Assembly: GCA_951406725.2 (NCBI GenBank)
Contig: OX597818.1
Location: 7,130,001 to 7,194,000, forward strand
Reading direction: 5' to 3'
DNA: 64,000 nt
Source: Octopus vulgaris
Taxonomy: Eukaryota
A program made the position numbers and the translations under genes. The notes below the pieces were generated by a model that saw nothing but the letters and a program-made list of their open reading frames with translations, was not told the DNA's origin and did no database searches. Numbering within the stretch: the stretch's first letter is position 1; every line of letters begins with the position of its first letter. Positions 41,452 through 55,397 of the stretch are shown here, in pieces.

Positions 41452-41805
41452 GTTGCTGTTCCTATGATCAAACGTAGACGAAGAAATGAAACTTTTCCTC
41501 TCCCCACTTTGACTCACCCTTTATTTATAATTTTTGCATGTAAGTTTTTTGTACTTTACTTTCCGGTATAAGATCATTATCTCTTCACCTCAATAACTAA
41601 ACATCTGCGTAGCCGTTTTGTTTGCTAGAAATGATAAACAAGTGTGCAACAAGATCTCTTTTACTGTCTAAAATGCCGAAGCATATATTGTATAACGTAG
41701 ACTTGGGCGCTCACTGCATGAAAACTAGAGGGGAGAGTAAAGTGGGGTAAACATTTGATAGGTAATTTCAATTATCACTGGTTCGAACCTAATCGAAAGT
41801 ACAAT

Positions 41806-41899
41806 AAAAATTGACGACCCAGGACCAATAAAAATATTTTTTCTGACAGCCATTGCTGTCTGAAAGAATATTTTTATTGTCCCTGGGTTGCCTATTTTT
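41806..41899. repeat. 94-nt inverted repeat (hairpin, 4-nt loop)
   Basis: AAAAATTGACGACCCAGGACCAATAAAAATATTTTTTCTGACAGC-CATT-GCTGTCTGAAAGAATATTTTTATTGTCCCTGGGTTGCCTATTTTT. Confidence 0.88.
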
Positions 41900-42231
41900 G
41901 TTGCTGTCTGAAAGAATATAGTAAATATAGTAGTCAACAGCACTAAGAAAAACTTTAAGAATTTAAAATATAGATTAGAATACATAATATAGGTTTAGAT
42001 TACTGATTCAGACTTGCAAGTATCAGTGCCGCATATAAGTAGGATTGAAATCAGGTCTCACATATTGGATTATTTACCATTTTAAAAAAGAAATTACACT
42101 TTGGAAAATATTGTCCAAGGGAAACTACGACACAAGGCGGTACGAGAGTTCTAATTTTAATCTACATAAATCTTAGTTTAAACAACAACAAATCAACAAT
42201 CGTTGCTTCTCTCAGTATTAAGAGATTAGGA

Positions 42232-42447
42232 AGTCGGCGAGTTGGCAGAATCGTTAGCACTCCGGGCGAAATGTGTAGCCGTATTTCGTCCGTCTTTACA
42301 TTCTGAGTTCAAATTCCGTCAAGGTCAACTCTGCCTTTCTTCATTTCGGGATCGATTAAATAATAGCAGTCGAGCATTGGAGTATATGTAATCGACTTAA
42401 CCTCCCCTTTGAAATTGCTGACCTTGTGCTAAATTTTGAAACCAATA
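42232..42447 (+). mobile_element. tRNA-derived SINE, family B
   Basis: A-box TGGCAGAATCGTTAG, B-box GAGTTCAAATTCC, central GCCTTTC.TC.TTTCGGG.TCGAT; paralogous to 50241-50650. Confidence 0.85.
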
Positions 42448-43299
42448 TTAAAATATTAATTTCCCCCCAAACTCTCTGTGCTTTCAATGTGGCATTCGAC
42501 AGTTTCTAGCACAGTGTTCTGAATAGAAGTTTATGTGGACCCAAATTCGGTGAAATGCTCTTCGCATCTTTCCGTCTACCAGGCTTTCTCTTCGATGGCC
42601 TCTTTTGTTACGGTTTTCAGTGATTTGTCTCCGGTCGATGACCTTCGCTATCGCTTTCTTCATGCAGAGAAATTTAAAGGAGAGGAGAACTGTGTCTGGG
42701 TGCTCGGGTATCCATCATAATGTTGGTAAATGTAATTCACCAAAATATACGGCCAGAAATGGAAGCAAAACACATGGAATAAGTCGTGCCTCCGTCATCA
42801 GGGTAGAAAAAATAATCTTATATTTCAGATTATGATGCAGAGAAGTTTAAACGTGGTATATTTAAATCTTTGCATTAATCTGAAATGTAAGATTCTTTCT
42901 ACCGTGATGATAGAGGGTCAATTTATCCAAACTTTATTCTTCAATTATTGGCTGTATATTTTGGTGAAGTACATTTACCAACATTATGATGGCTATCAGA
43001 GCCCAAACAGCTGTTTTAATACCTAACCTCCTCCTCTTTAATTTTTTCTGTCGTTTATACTCTGTGTACGTTTGATCTATAATCATATAAATATCTCTAT
43101 TTTTATACTTAAATGTTCATGGTCCGAAAATCTTCAGTCGTTGCTTTTTTCTGCTTACATTTTTACGCTCAGCAAAAGCTTAATATTCCCAATAATAAAC
43201 AAACACATAATGTATCAGTTAAAGCTAAGTCAGAATATTCTAATATAACCATTCAAAGTGAGCCTACTGTCCATAACCTACCTACTCATTCTAGTGATA

Positions 43300-43600
43300 A
43301 TCTTAGTAAGTTCTTAGATTGCAATGTAAATATAATAATTATAGCTAACGGTAGCAATTATTATACCAAGCAATGGTTGAAGCTGATGATAAACACTTTT
43401 TCAACATTGGTTGTACAGACTCATATATGAAACTTAGATTGGCCAATCATGAATGTTCTTTTAGAAACTCTAATAAACGCTCTTCGACTAGTCTTAGTAA
43501 ATTCATCTGGAAATTAAAAGACAGTAAATGTGACTGCCACATTAATTTGGCAACAAACCATCACTTTATTCTGCTGCTACTGTATAAGTCTCTCTAAGAG
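43300..43600 (+). mobile_element. Penelope-like GIY-YIG fragment (another family), decayed
   Basis: IIYQAMVEADDKHFFNIGCTDSYMKLRLANHECSFRNSNKRSSTSLSKFIWKLKD. Confidence 0.78.
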
Positions 43601-43822
43601 ATTTAGAAAAGCAATATTTCTAATTTTATATATGTATATATAGTAAATGTGGCATATTTGCAATTTACAACCCAAAGGCATATATATAGACGTCACTACA
43701 GTGACTAAGAGCACTAGTCAGCACCAGTATTGCTAGAAATGAGAGTCGAAACAACTGATAACCGCAGAAAGCCTCCCTTGTCAGTCATTATAAGTACTTT
43801 AAGTGGGTATGAGTATATATAT

Positions 43823-43882
<60 letters not shown>

Positions 43883-43899
43883 TCAATGTATAATATATT

Positions 43900-45690
43900 T
43901 TCGTCTCCCCAACAGGTTCACAATTTCATGATTTCTGTGGGAGTAATTTTCGCTCCACCATTATTTGCCAATCTCTGAGTTTTAGTGGATGTTTAACAAA
44001 GAACGTTCGAGTGGTATTAGTTGTCGAGAGAAAGCTGAATACAGGAAAAGCCGACGTTATGGTTGGTGGTTTTCGATTCTTTATCTCTTTTTTTTTCATG
44101 TTCTAATCGAACTTGTGTAGACTTATCAAGACTGAGCAATAGTTGGAAAGCATTTCTTTCTATTTCTTTCTTTTTTACTGGCGTAAAATCCATCACTTTG
44201 ATGTCTGTCCAAATAAAGCTCTTAATCACTCCCTTGATGATGTCATAACTCAATGTTTTGAAAGTTAGATTGTTGATTATCAAGAGTGTGTCTCTAAAGT
44301 TGCAATTTCTGTGTATATAGCATGTTGAACTAACTACAATAAGTCGTAATTTTAAGACCGTTGTAATGTTGTATGCTTATTGGTAGAGTTTGATTCACTA
44401 TAAGCCTGTGTAATTTCTTTTTACTCCTACAGATTTGGGGAATATATTGTGTAGTTTGATTATCTCCAGGTTCTCAATTTGGTTTGTTCCACCTTGTGTC
44501 ACGAATTCAGTTGACAGAATATATACATATTCTGGTTCTGTTGACAGAATATACATATTCAGGTTCTGTCCGTAGATTATTTTCAAATCATAATTTCTTG
44601 TTCCGTTGAGTATATTGGTTATTGGACATATTCTCTCTCGAAGAAGACGGTTATTGAGTACTTCTAGTTGTTATTCTGTTGTCTAAACTTCTTGGGATTT
44701 ATTCTATTGTTTTAGTATCCTCGGTGATTATAAGTTTTTATAACTTGTTTTGCTGTTTGTAAGGGAAGTTCATAGCTTTTAGCTTTCTTTAAGAAAGAGT
44801 TATCAGTATGAAATTATGCTATAAAATCCGTTTCATAATTATTGAAGCAAATCGGACTTTTCTCCTGCTTCTAAAGAAACGCTTAAAACTCTTCTCATGT
44901 AGTAGATCTTGGCTTGTTTTGAAGTTTCCATTTCCGTTTTCTTGTTGGTTAATCGTAAAAGTATTATTTCCATTTTGTCCAGAGCCATCTTCTATCTACG
45001 TTTTTCTGGTTCATTGGGAGCATGTTTCATCTGCAATTTCCTGATATGAACAATCAGTACTGAGTTAATGTACTTCTTTTTTTTCATATATTTCAGTTTT
45101 GCCGATAATCTTTCACATGTTTCAAAAACAAATTTGCTGGTAACGAATATTTGCTTCCTAATATGATTAAAACTGCATTTCGCTGAATATATTGGTCGTT
45201 GCAGATTAGTACTTCTAGATTCCGAAACGTTGCAGTCTCTATGGTTTATATGATTGGTTAGGTGTTTGATTTACTTGGCTTTTTGAGTTCAAATCTCTGT
45301 CTGGAGATTTCTTCGGTATAACTTTGAATTTGGTCACTTTTTCTACCACGGATTAAGTGTTTAGAGATATATTTTAGTTCTTTGTTGTATTAACATTTCG
45401 AACAGACACTTGTAACGATTTCATTCATCGTAAGGAGAATACGTAAAGGACCCATGTAGATAGGGGCTATATTTCTCTAGTACTTGAAGCTTGTGTTTGA
45501 TAATTATAACGGGATATAGATGGTTGAGCAATAGTGGTGTCTCGAACATTCTGTAATCAGACATACTAATTAATGTTTGATATTGATGATTTTCGGAAGA
45601 TATCTCTTCACTAGGGTTAGATGAAATGATTGTCGAAACCTTAGTAGCACAGTTATCCATGAACACACTGTCCAATAATTTATACAAAAA
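43900..45690 (-). other. Decayed A-rich coding-like segment, possibly a retroelement ORF
   Basis: About 1.8 kb without microsatellites, with strong strand skew and several broken minus-strand ORFs (45421-45687, 44398-44586, 44017-44283). No diagnostic motif recognised. Confidence 0.3.
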
Positions 45691-46419
45691 TTATCCCTGC
45701 TAAACGTTGAGTAACCAACTGACCTACTGTACGTTATATGTAACATATTACCATTTAAATATATATACGTGGCATGAGTTAAGTGTGAGAAAACGAGATG
45801 GATATAAGTTGAACTAAGTCAAGCTTCAAATTACATTACAATTTTCGATAAGTAAACAGCATTAATATTGAGTGTTAAGTAAATCGACCAGTAGAATTGG
45901 CTGTGCCTAGAAGCACTTATTTTCTTTGTGTTAGGTAGAAGAAAATAGTAGACATGTGAGTCAGATGTACACGTCATCAATTTTAATCTCTGCAAGTTTA
46001 CTTTCAGAAAAAATGTGATGGATATGCAATCAAGGAAGCGGGTAAATATGGATATCAATAACTCTGTATATCGAATCTTGTATATGAATCACAATAAGTG
46101 TAATGACAACAAAAGAAAGTATGTTATAACAGAATCGGATAACAGAAAATAAAGACAGTGCGTTTAAGAACTATGTGGTTTTCTGTGTTATGATCTCTGA
46201 TGGTACTACGGAAAATTCAGAAGTGAAAATTAGATATGTATTTTTCTATGTTGTTATAGTCTATGCAATAAAACTTGAAATCAGTTTTTCTCAGTGTGGA
46301 AGCCATATAGAAGGCCGCCACCGTGGTGTGCGTATTCATCTAGTATTTTGTAAACTAATATCTTCCAGAAGTTATGTAGTTGGATTAATAATAGATAAAC
46401 AGGGATATATATATACATG

Positions 46420-46502
<83 letters not shown>

Positions 46503-47671
46503 ATGTGTGTGTGTGTGTGTATGTATGTATCATCCAGGATTTCTATGGTGTGATTTTAGACTGTAATACTAAATTTTAGAGTTAATAAGTTATGGCTTTC
46601 ATTATGCAATGTAAAAGATATAAATTATGGGTAGAGTGTGTTTAATTATTTCACTGTATTAGACAGAAAAGCACAATTGGCCTGAGAGTAGTTGATAAAT
46701 ACGACTGGGATCTAACTTACATCATTAACCAGTTGATAGAGGAATTTCTGAGAAAATTCATTCCAATTATCAATTATCATAAAAGTGTAGACATATTGAT
46801 GACTATGGAAATATATGTTCTTATTCGTATAATTTTTTAAAAACTATTGTATCGTGGCTCATAGAGAAAAGCAAGTTCTATAATTATTGGTGCATCTTCA
46901 ATGATATTCAAGTGTGATTGTCTCTCTTATGATTTTAAATATTTTCAAGATAATTTCCACCTGCTACAAATCAAGATATCATCCACTATGCAAGCATAAC
47001 ATTTGATGTATTTAAATATTTCCACATATTTTGTTTTATTTTCCTTCATTAATTTTTTACTTTTACTTTGTGTTCTTCTTGGTGCTGAAGTTTCTGCTAC
47101 CACTTTAATTCTCTGTCTCTCTCTCTCTCCTTCGCCCTTCCTCCCCTTCTCTCTCTGCATTTTCTGTATTGTTTCTCTCACATCCTTCTTCTTCTTCTTC
47201 TTCTTCTTCTTCTTCTTCTTCTTCTTCTTCTTCTTCTTCTTCTTCTTCTTCTTCTCGTTCCCTCTTCCCTTAGCTTTTATCGTTTTTTCTTATTTGAGTT
47301 TATTTATACACTTTCTTCTACCCAGTTATTTTTGTATTCCAGTTAATCACATTTAATAAAGTTATTTACAGATGAATATTTGAAGCGGTTATACAGTAAT
47401 AATCTATAATAAAATAATTCACTTTTCAAATTACTCTGCCCAATTTCCAACAACCAATAATTCACTTTGACTTTTAAATTACAATTAAGTTCGCATTAAA
47501 TAATTTCAATATAATATTGTATATTTTCCATATCATTCACAGCTTAGAATCGAAAATGAAAAAAAACATGGCTTTAGAAGCTTAACACACACACACACAC
47601 AAAACAACGATAAACAAACACAAACACACACACAACTTTCCTTGTGGTACTTCTTCCATCTTTATATACTA

Positions 47672-49266
47672 CTAGCATTATGACCCGTCGTTGCCGGGTC
47701 ATAGTGCTAGTGCATGTATATATGTGTATATATAAGTGTACATTTTACATGTACATCTGTATATATACATCTACACATAAAATGCAAAATACAAAGTTAT
47801 ATCTTGATATCGCTAGTGATAACAATACTCAAAATATATAACAGACTGGAATTGTAGGCCCGTCTCTTGCAATTTCGATCAATTGTATCTTGTCCTCCCT
47901 CTTGTATAGAAGTGTGGCTACAATCCAGCCTACCTCTACTTCTGGGGGGACATTTAACATTTTTATCCGGTACGTCCTACGTCCCAGATATAAGGGTAAA
48001 AATAAAATATTTCCACTTTGCAAGGTTCGAGTCGAGTACTCCCTTGCACGCTCCGTTGACTCGAACCTTGCTTCTATTGTGGCAAATTTACCGCCTCTGG
48101 TTAGATATCTTTCTTAGTCGCATCAAAACATTTTTCGATGGTGCTTTCCTCCAGGTGTTCAAATCTTTTTTTCTCTACATTGTATAGTTTATAGACAATA
48201 GTATTTTCTTTAATTTAATTATTTATTTCGTTTGATGGTGTTATCCTTGATTCACCGTCTTTGTCGGTGATCAACCCGAAATAGGTTTGTATTTCTTCCA
48301 TTTTAATTTTAATGAGTTCGCGCCCGCCGACGGCTGCAGCGAAATTCAATTTTGGACTTTCTTCTATCGAAGGCATTCTAACAAAATGCTTCCGTATAAA
48401 CGGTGAAAATATTGTCAATTTCCCCAAACAGGGACACAATTCAATTTTTAAACAATAACCAAAGCTCCTTCTCCCAAAGGGGGAGGGTTACAGTTTACAA
48501 TTATTTAACAAATGTAACACAAAAACGTTTCCCTTGCGAGGACCCAACAAACGTGATAACAATAGTTAAACAGTAATAATAATAACAACAAACCTTACGG
48601 TGAATCAAAAAGCAATACTCAGTTGAAGCTATAGTTCTTTATGTATAAGAAATAAACCAACAGCAGTACTCAGTAGAAGCGGCTGTTCGAGAAAACAGAC
48701 ATTACATACAGCAAAACTTCATATAGACACTTAATGCTACCTAATTAACAGATAATCTAATGTAAAAGCTGTGATAAACGGTATGTGCACAGCTCCATCT
48801 GGACTATTCCATTTCTGCACGCTAATTTTATTTTTAATTTATTCCCATTCATGTGAAACCACTTATTCAAGTTCAATTCATTGATGCAATGTTATACCAA
48901 TTGCTATTTTTACTTTTGTTTTGTTACGATTATATTATACTTTAGTTTTAATTATTACTCACTACATATAATTCAATTGTTATTATTATCTCTAATTTTT
49001 ATTGTTAAAGTGAAAGTATCTGACGTAAAATGGAGAGATGTTTTTGTTTCACTTTTAACACGTAATACTGAAATAGTGGAGAAGATATGATATTGCTATG
49101 GGCTCGCCCTTGGCAAGAAGTTGAACATTTTTGCCCAAGAAACTACATGGACCCTCAATAAGGCATGTGTAAAATTTGAATGAAATTGGTTGCGTAGTTC
49201 TCAAGTTTTAGGGAAACACACTGACAGACAGACACACACACATTCTGAGTTTTCTATATAGAGAGA
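47672..49266 (-). mobile_element. Non-autonomous Helitron, family H1, copy 2 (inverted)
   Basis: Reverse complement of 4055-5663 end to end, including TC...CTAG termini, the 3' hairpin, A^T insertion and the captured ORF (47829-48378). Confidence 0.93.
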
Positions 49267-49493
49267 TTTTCTTGTTAATTCATTCTAAAATAACCGGACA
49301 AAATAAATATGATACATGGTCAGTTTATCTCGTTTTGTTTTTAATGTTCTCAAATTTCTCCTTTATCTGTTTTTGTCTAAATTTATATGTCTAAATTTAT
49401 TTTATTTTTTGTCTTTTTTATTTGTTCTAGTGTGTTCAGCAAGAATTTTTACTCATATCTTAAGTTTGAAAAATGTATGTATATATGCATGTG

Positions 49494-49525
<32 letters not shown>

Positions 49526-50240
49526 TGTATGTATGTATGTATGTATGTATGTATGAAAATATGTAGGTATGTATGTAGGTATGTATGTATGTATGTATGT
49601 ATGCATGTATGCGTGTATGTATTATTTTTTATTGTCTTCTCATCATTCTCTTCTCACTATGAATATTATGAAAATAGTTGTCATTGTTAACAATTTCACC
49701 TGTCTTTCAATTTTGTCTGCTTAAAGTTGTCGCTCGTGTTAAACTGAAATACTTTCTTACCAATCAAATTAAATTTGATATCGCTGACTACGTATTGACT
49801 GACATTTTACCCTGTCTTTCCTCCAGATACACGGATTAGCTCTATATTACCTTTTCCTTATTACTTCATGTCCTTTCTTCTTCTTCTTCTTCTTCTTCTT
49901 CTTCTTCTTCTTCTTCTTCTTCTTCTTCTTCTTCTTCTTCTTCTTCTTCTTCTTCTTCTTCTTCTTCTTCTTCTTCTTCTTCTTTTCTCTCACTTGCTCT
50001 CTAACTATTATTCATTTCTAACCATGAGCAGGAAACAATATCTGGGCGATGCACAATGTAAGAGCACGCCTCTGATGCAGGTCTGGTGAAGTGCACTCTA
50101 ATGACTAAAACCACAGGTACTACGTAAATTTTCAATTTGAATTTATGCGTAAACTGGCGTTGGAAGCAAATTGTTAAAGAAACAGTCGTAACTGATCATT
50201 AAAACATAATTCTTTCTTTTTTTATTATCCATGAATGTAA

Positions 50241-50464
50241 GGCGGCGAGCTGGCAGAAATGTTAGCACGCCGGGCGAAATGCTTAGTGGTATTTTGTCTG
50301 CCGTTCAAATGCCGCCGTGGTTGACTTCGCCTTTCATCATTTCGGGGTCGATAAATTAAGTACCAGTTACGCACTGGGGTCGATGTAATCTACTTAATCT
50401 CTTTTTCTGTCCTTGTTCGTCCCTTCTATGTTTAGCCCCTTGTGGGCAATAAAGAAATAAGAAA
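50241..50464 (+). mobile_element. SINE family B, near full length
   Basis: GGCGGCGAGCTGGCAGAAATGTTAGCACGCCGGGCGAAATGCTTAG...GTTCAAAT...GCCTTTCATCATTTCGGGGTCGATAAATTAAGTACCAG; A-rich tail. Confidence 0.9.
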
Positions 50465-50469
50465 CATTT

Positions 50470-50650
50470 GTAAGCTGAGCGAGATACTTAGCAGTATTTC
50501 GTTTGTCTTTACGCTCCGAGTTCAAATTCCGCCGAAGCCGACTTTCCTTTCATCCTTTCGAGGTCGATAAATTAAGTGCCAGTTGTGTACCAGAGTCGAT
50601 CCAATCGACTGGCCCCCTTTTCCAGAAATTTCGGGCCTTGTGCCTTGAGT
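50470..50650 (+). mobile_element. SINE family B, second tandem copy (5'-truncated)
   Basis: GAGTTCAAATTCCGCCGAAGCCGACTTTCCTTTCATCCTTTCGAGGTCGATAAAATTAAGTGCCAG. Confidence 0.85.
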
Positions 50651-51329
50651 AAAAAATATTATTTATGTATGTATATATATATGTGTGCGTGTGTGTGTGT
50701 GTATACTATATTTTACAATATATTCGCTCGTAGATCAAACTTTGGCTTGATACGATCTTATAAACCATTCCTTTATAAAATGTTACGTGTATCAAACCAA
50801 TTAAACACAAACACTTTCCAAACCTGAATAATTGAAAAGAAATTTTCTCAGCCAATTTATTCTGTATTTAAATTTAAATTTCCTAAACATTGATTCCCTC
50901 ACCATAACCAATCTTATCTTTTTATTTAGAAATTTGAATTTTAAACGGGACAGATTAATCTTTTCATATCTATACATATTGCAAACGCTTCTTTTCTCCA
51001 ATGGATTGCAGCATAACATTTTGAATTTTCGCTAATAGAATTCACAAGTGTATGTGGATATTTGTGTTTAATTTTTCATTGGAATGTCTCACTGGTTATG
51101 TTTGAAACGGTCAGATGAGTAATGATATTAATTATTTTCAAATGCATTTCCCATATGTTTAGTTTTTCCCAGTAATGTCTTTCACATCATTCTTCTCTCT
51201 TCACAAATATTTTTCCAATAATTATCTATTAATTCATTTTAAAGTCAATAAATCGCCGGACAAAATATAAATAAAACTATGATATTTTTAGACATAGCCA
51301 GATAGCCCAGCTTCTTTACACTTTATATG

Positions 51330-51432
51330 CCTTCTTCTTCTTCTTCTTCTTCTTCTTCTTCTTCTTCTTCTTCTTCTTCTTCTTCTTCTTCTTCTTCTTC
51401 TTCTTCTTCTTCTTCTTCTTCTTCTTCTTCTT

Positions 51433-51463
<31 letters not shown>

Positions 51464-51490
51464 TTCTTCTTCTTCGTCTTCTTCTTCTTC
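51330..51490. repeat. (CTT)n microsatellite (also at 47185-47254 and 49877-49984)
   Basis: Directly visible; explains the poly-S/L/F pseudo-ORFs. Confidence 0.97.
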
Positions 51491-51650
51491 ATCTGTCCCT
51501 CCTACCTCCTCCTTCTCTGTAATAATTAAATTTTATTTTATTCATATTTTGGGGTGAGAAGTTTTCTTTGAACGCTGTTTCGCTGCTTGAAAGTCCGAAG
51601 GGAAATGTATTTAAATAGTAAATGCGAAATGAGTAAATAGATTTTCCTCC

Positions 51651-51719
<69 letters not shown>

Positions 51720-52314
51720 CATTATTAATATTATTATTATTACTGAAACGTATACTGAGACAAAACTATTATGTCAATATATTTTTAAATAAAGAGAGAA
51801 ATGCTACACAAAAACCTTTCAATGAATTTTCAAGACACTTTTCAGAAATTGTGAGTTTGAAATAACATTATTTAAAATATAGATGGTGAATAAGAGAATT
51901 AAATATCTCTAGAGCTGTATTGCGGACTAAAGTATTTTCTGAAATTGCCTTTATTTCTTTCAAATGTAAGGAGCCTCATGAGTCATCGTGCTCCTGTAAG
52001 ATTTCCTAAAGGCAGACTACAGGCGATGCTGTGTTTACTTAAAAGCAAAACATTAAAACTACTATAACGGAACAGCAATGTGTCGGTGTTAATGAGATGT
52101 AAACGGAGTGGAGTTAAAGGTGGTGGTGTTGACGTGACTTGTAATTGCGGAATTGTGGGAATACTGGCAATATGGTGGTTGCAACTGATGATGGTAGATT
52201 TGCTTAAGTTTTTGTTGTTTTAGGTGGTGATTTTAAAAAAATGTTGTGGAAAATGTCCATTGAATAATTCTCAAGAGGATTGAAGTATTAGTTTCTATAA
52301 ATTTTCTCTCAACA

Positions 52315-52740
52315 GGCGCAGGAGTGGCTATGTGGTAAGTAGCTTGCTAATCAACCACATGGTTCCGGGTTCAGTCCCATTGCATGGCATCTTGGGCAAG
52401 TGTCTTCTGCTGTAGCCCCGGGCCGACCAATGCCTTGTGAGTGGATTTGGTAGACGGAAACTGAAAGAAGCCTGTCGTATATATGTATATATATATATAT
52501 GTGTGTGTGTGTGTTTGTGTGTCTGTGTTTGTCCCCCTAGCATTGCTTGACAACCGATGCTGATGTGTTTATGTCAGCGTTACTTAGCGGTTCGGCAAAA
52601 GAGACCGATAGAATAAGTACTGGGCTTACAAAGAATAAGTCCCGGGGTCGATTTGCTCGACTAAAGGCGGTGCTCCAGCATGGCCGTAGTCAAAATGACT
52701 GAAACAAGTAAAAGAGTAAAGAGTAAAGAGTAAAGAGTAA
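52315..52740 (+). mobile_element. SINE family A, full length
   Basis: tRNA-like head with A-box (TGGCTATGTGGTAAG) and B-box (GGTTCAGTCCC), CTTGGGCAAGTG core, internal (TA)n(TG)n, tail (GAGTAAA)n. Confidence 0.93.
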
Positions 52741-53149
52741 CATTATATACATTATATTTTTGTAGTAGTTACAAACAAATGTAACTGGTTGCTGCTGTTT
52801 ATTTCCAAGTTTGACTCGTTGTGATGACCTACCTTAAAACAATACTACACCCGTATATTATTTTAAGACATGGCGTGTCTTCAAGTTTGCTATATGAGCT
52901 ATCCTTCCTTTATCAAAACGTTATGCTGTTACCTGAGGTATATTTATTTGTATCGTTTAACAGTCAAATAAGTGTTTAAAATTTTCCACCGCGATTATCT
53001 GTAAGTGTATGTTGGTCTTAGTTAAATCATATGTTTTGTATAAATTATGTACGTGTATGCACTTTCTGGTTTTCAGTACCTGGATCAAACCTCTATTGAT
53101 GCAACGCTTTAGTAATTTGTTGTTGCACAATATATTAAAAAATTTGAAG

Positions 53150-53195
53150 ACATGAGAAGAGAAGGAGAGACAGACAGACAGATAAAGGCAGATAG

Positions 53196-53252
<57 letters not shown>

Positions 53253-53466
53253 TTTAATGCACTGTATGTATATATCTGCGATTCAGCAGTTGTAGTTGAT
53301 TGCAATGTACATGTATGGATGCATATGGAAGTAAGAATGCATGCTAATATATGTGTATACTAATGGCATAAATCGTTTGCAAGTCGGGAAAATGCTTTTT
53401 GTCCTTTCTGGGTTACTTTTATGCTTGGGAAACTGTATGGTGCTTTCGTAAATATCCACTGATGAA
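53150..53466 (+). repeat. ~300-bp duplicated segment, copy 1 (copy 2 at 56245-56558)
   Basis: (GA)n followed by ACTTTAATG...GGATGCATATGGAAGTAAGAATGCATGCTAATATATGTGTATACTAATGGCATAAATCGTTTGCAAGTCGGGAAAA...TAAATATCCACTGATGAA in both copies. Confidence 0.9.
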
Positions 53467-55037
53467 TACTCTTGTCAGATAAGTCCTCATTTTTGTCGGA
53501 AGAATACTTGAATTGTTTTTCTTTAGCTGCATATCGGCTTTGTTCCAAGAAGGCCTATGGTTTTATGTGTGCCAGTCAACGATGATCAACCCAGTCTAAT
53601 GCAAATCGACAGGGACACTTACCACTGTACTCAGTCTTGTCAAGAGGTTAAGATGTAAATTGCTGACGTTACTTTGCTATTTTTGGCAGTTCATGGTTTT
53701 TGAACAAGTCATGGTCCATGAAATATCAATAGCTTTCCTTGCTGAGTCATCAAAATTATCAAAGTATATATAGGGAGGTGATGTTTGTGAATTTTGTATC
53801 AAAATTTTTTATTGTTTATAAATCGGACAGAATATACTTCTGACAGAACAATCCAGACATCATTATTTCATGCATAACGAAAGCATTGGAATTTATCATT
53901 CGACATTTCCTTTTAATCAAGGGGTTGACTCAGATATGAGGAAGGTTTGGCTGCTATAACTAGCTTTCCGTACGAAATTTTCCTGGGGGTTGCAAGTAAT
54001 TCCTTTTTGGAAACAGTGTTTTTGAGGGATCTAAATACATTCTTTATTCAACTCTATTCTCTTTTGCTCTATCGATTTCTGTTGCCAATGTATTTCATTA
54101 TCAATTCAGATTTAGGTAAAATAACTATTATCATAATGATGAAAATCATCATCAAGAAAATCATGATCACCATTATTATCAGCATTCTCTTTTGCCCCTC
54201 CTCAACCTCTTAGACTTGCTTTCATGCCAATTTGTGAAATCAATGTTCACGTTTCGGTCCTATTAGAACAAATCAGTGGAGCATATTCTACTTACTTGGC
54301 AAGACTAAGAATGATCGATATATATATATATATATATATATCTTTGGAATATTAGCGATGCTGATTTCACTTACCAGCAATAGAAATATAAAGACGAGAT
54401 TAAATCATCAAATTAATATTGACTAGAAATTCGAGAAATTTCGATCAACTGATTTTATTGGAAATATGTCCTTTGATTTCTGTTTTTTTTTTAATTCTTA
54501 TTGATAGCCACTTTTAAACTCTACATATTTAATATAAGAGACGCTAAAATATATCTGGTTAATATATAGAGCATAACCCTGAGGTATGAAGACTTTGGTA
54601 TTGTTCATGTTGTTAATTAGCTTCGCTATATTATCGATATTTCTCTACGAAAAACGTACATATTCTCTCAAGATTTGATTAATAGAATTCGCTGAAATTA
54701 GTCCAATTTTCCTAAATGCGTCGTAAGTTTTTTTTCTTTATTGGCCGTAATATCTTCTTTATTTTAGATCATTTATTTTAGATCATTGAAGACAAATCGC
54801 TTGATTATTTCGTAATTTACAATGGAGAAACTATGCTGGAGACTCTGTCCCAAAATTATTTAGATAATAACACTTGTAGAAAGATATATTGGTAACACTG
54901 TATGCCATATATGAGACTCTACTGTAAGAGTAATATTCCCTTAGGTAATTCGTACTTTGCAAATGAATGGAAACGTTTCTATCTATCTACCTATCTATCA
55001 ATCAATTACTCAATCTCTCTATTTGTCTATCTATATC

Positions 55038-55140
<103 letters not shown>

Positions 55141-55259
55141 TATATATACACACACACACACAAAAAACACACACACATATAGATATAAATACTTACATAT
55201 ATACATACAATATATATATATATATACACATATATATACATAAATACACACAACAGAGA

Positions 55260-55313
<54 letters not shown>

Positions 55314-55338
55314 GATATATATACTTACATATATACAT

Positions 55339-55397
<59 letters not shown>

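Noticed and set aside
50068-50122. Hammerhead-like CTGATGCAGGTC...GACTAAAAC
   Set aside because: Both core halves are mutated and there is no convincing stem I. The same applies to weak candidates at ~28335-28400 and ~43695-43760.
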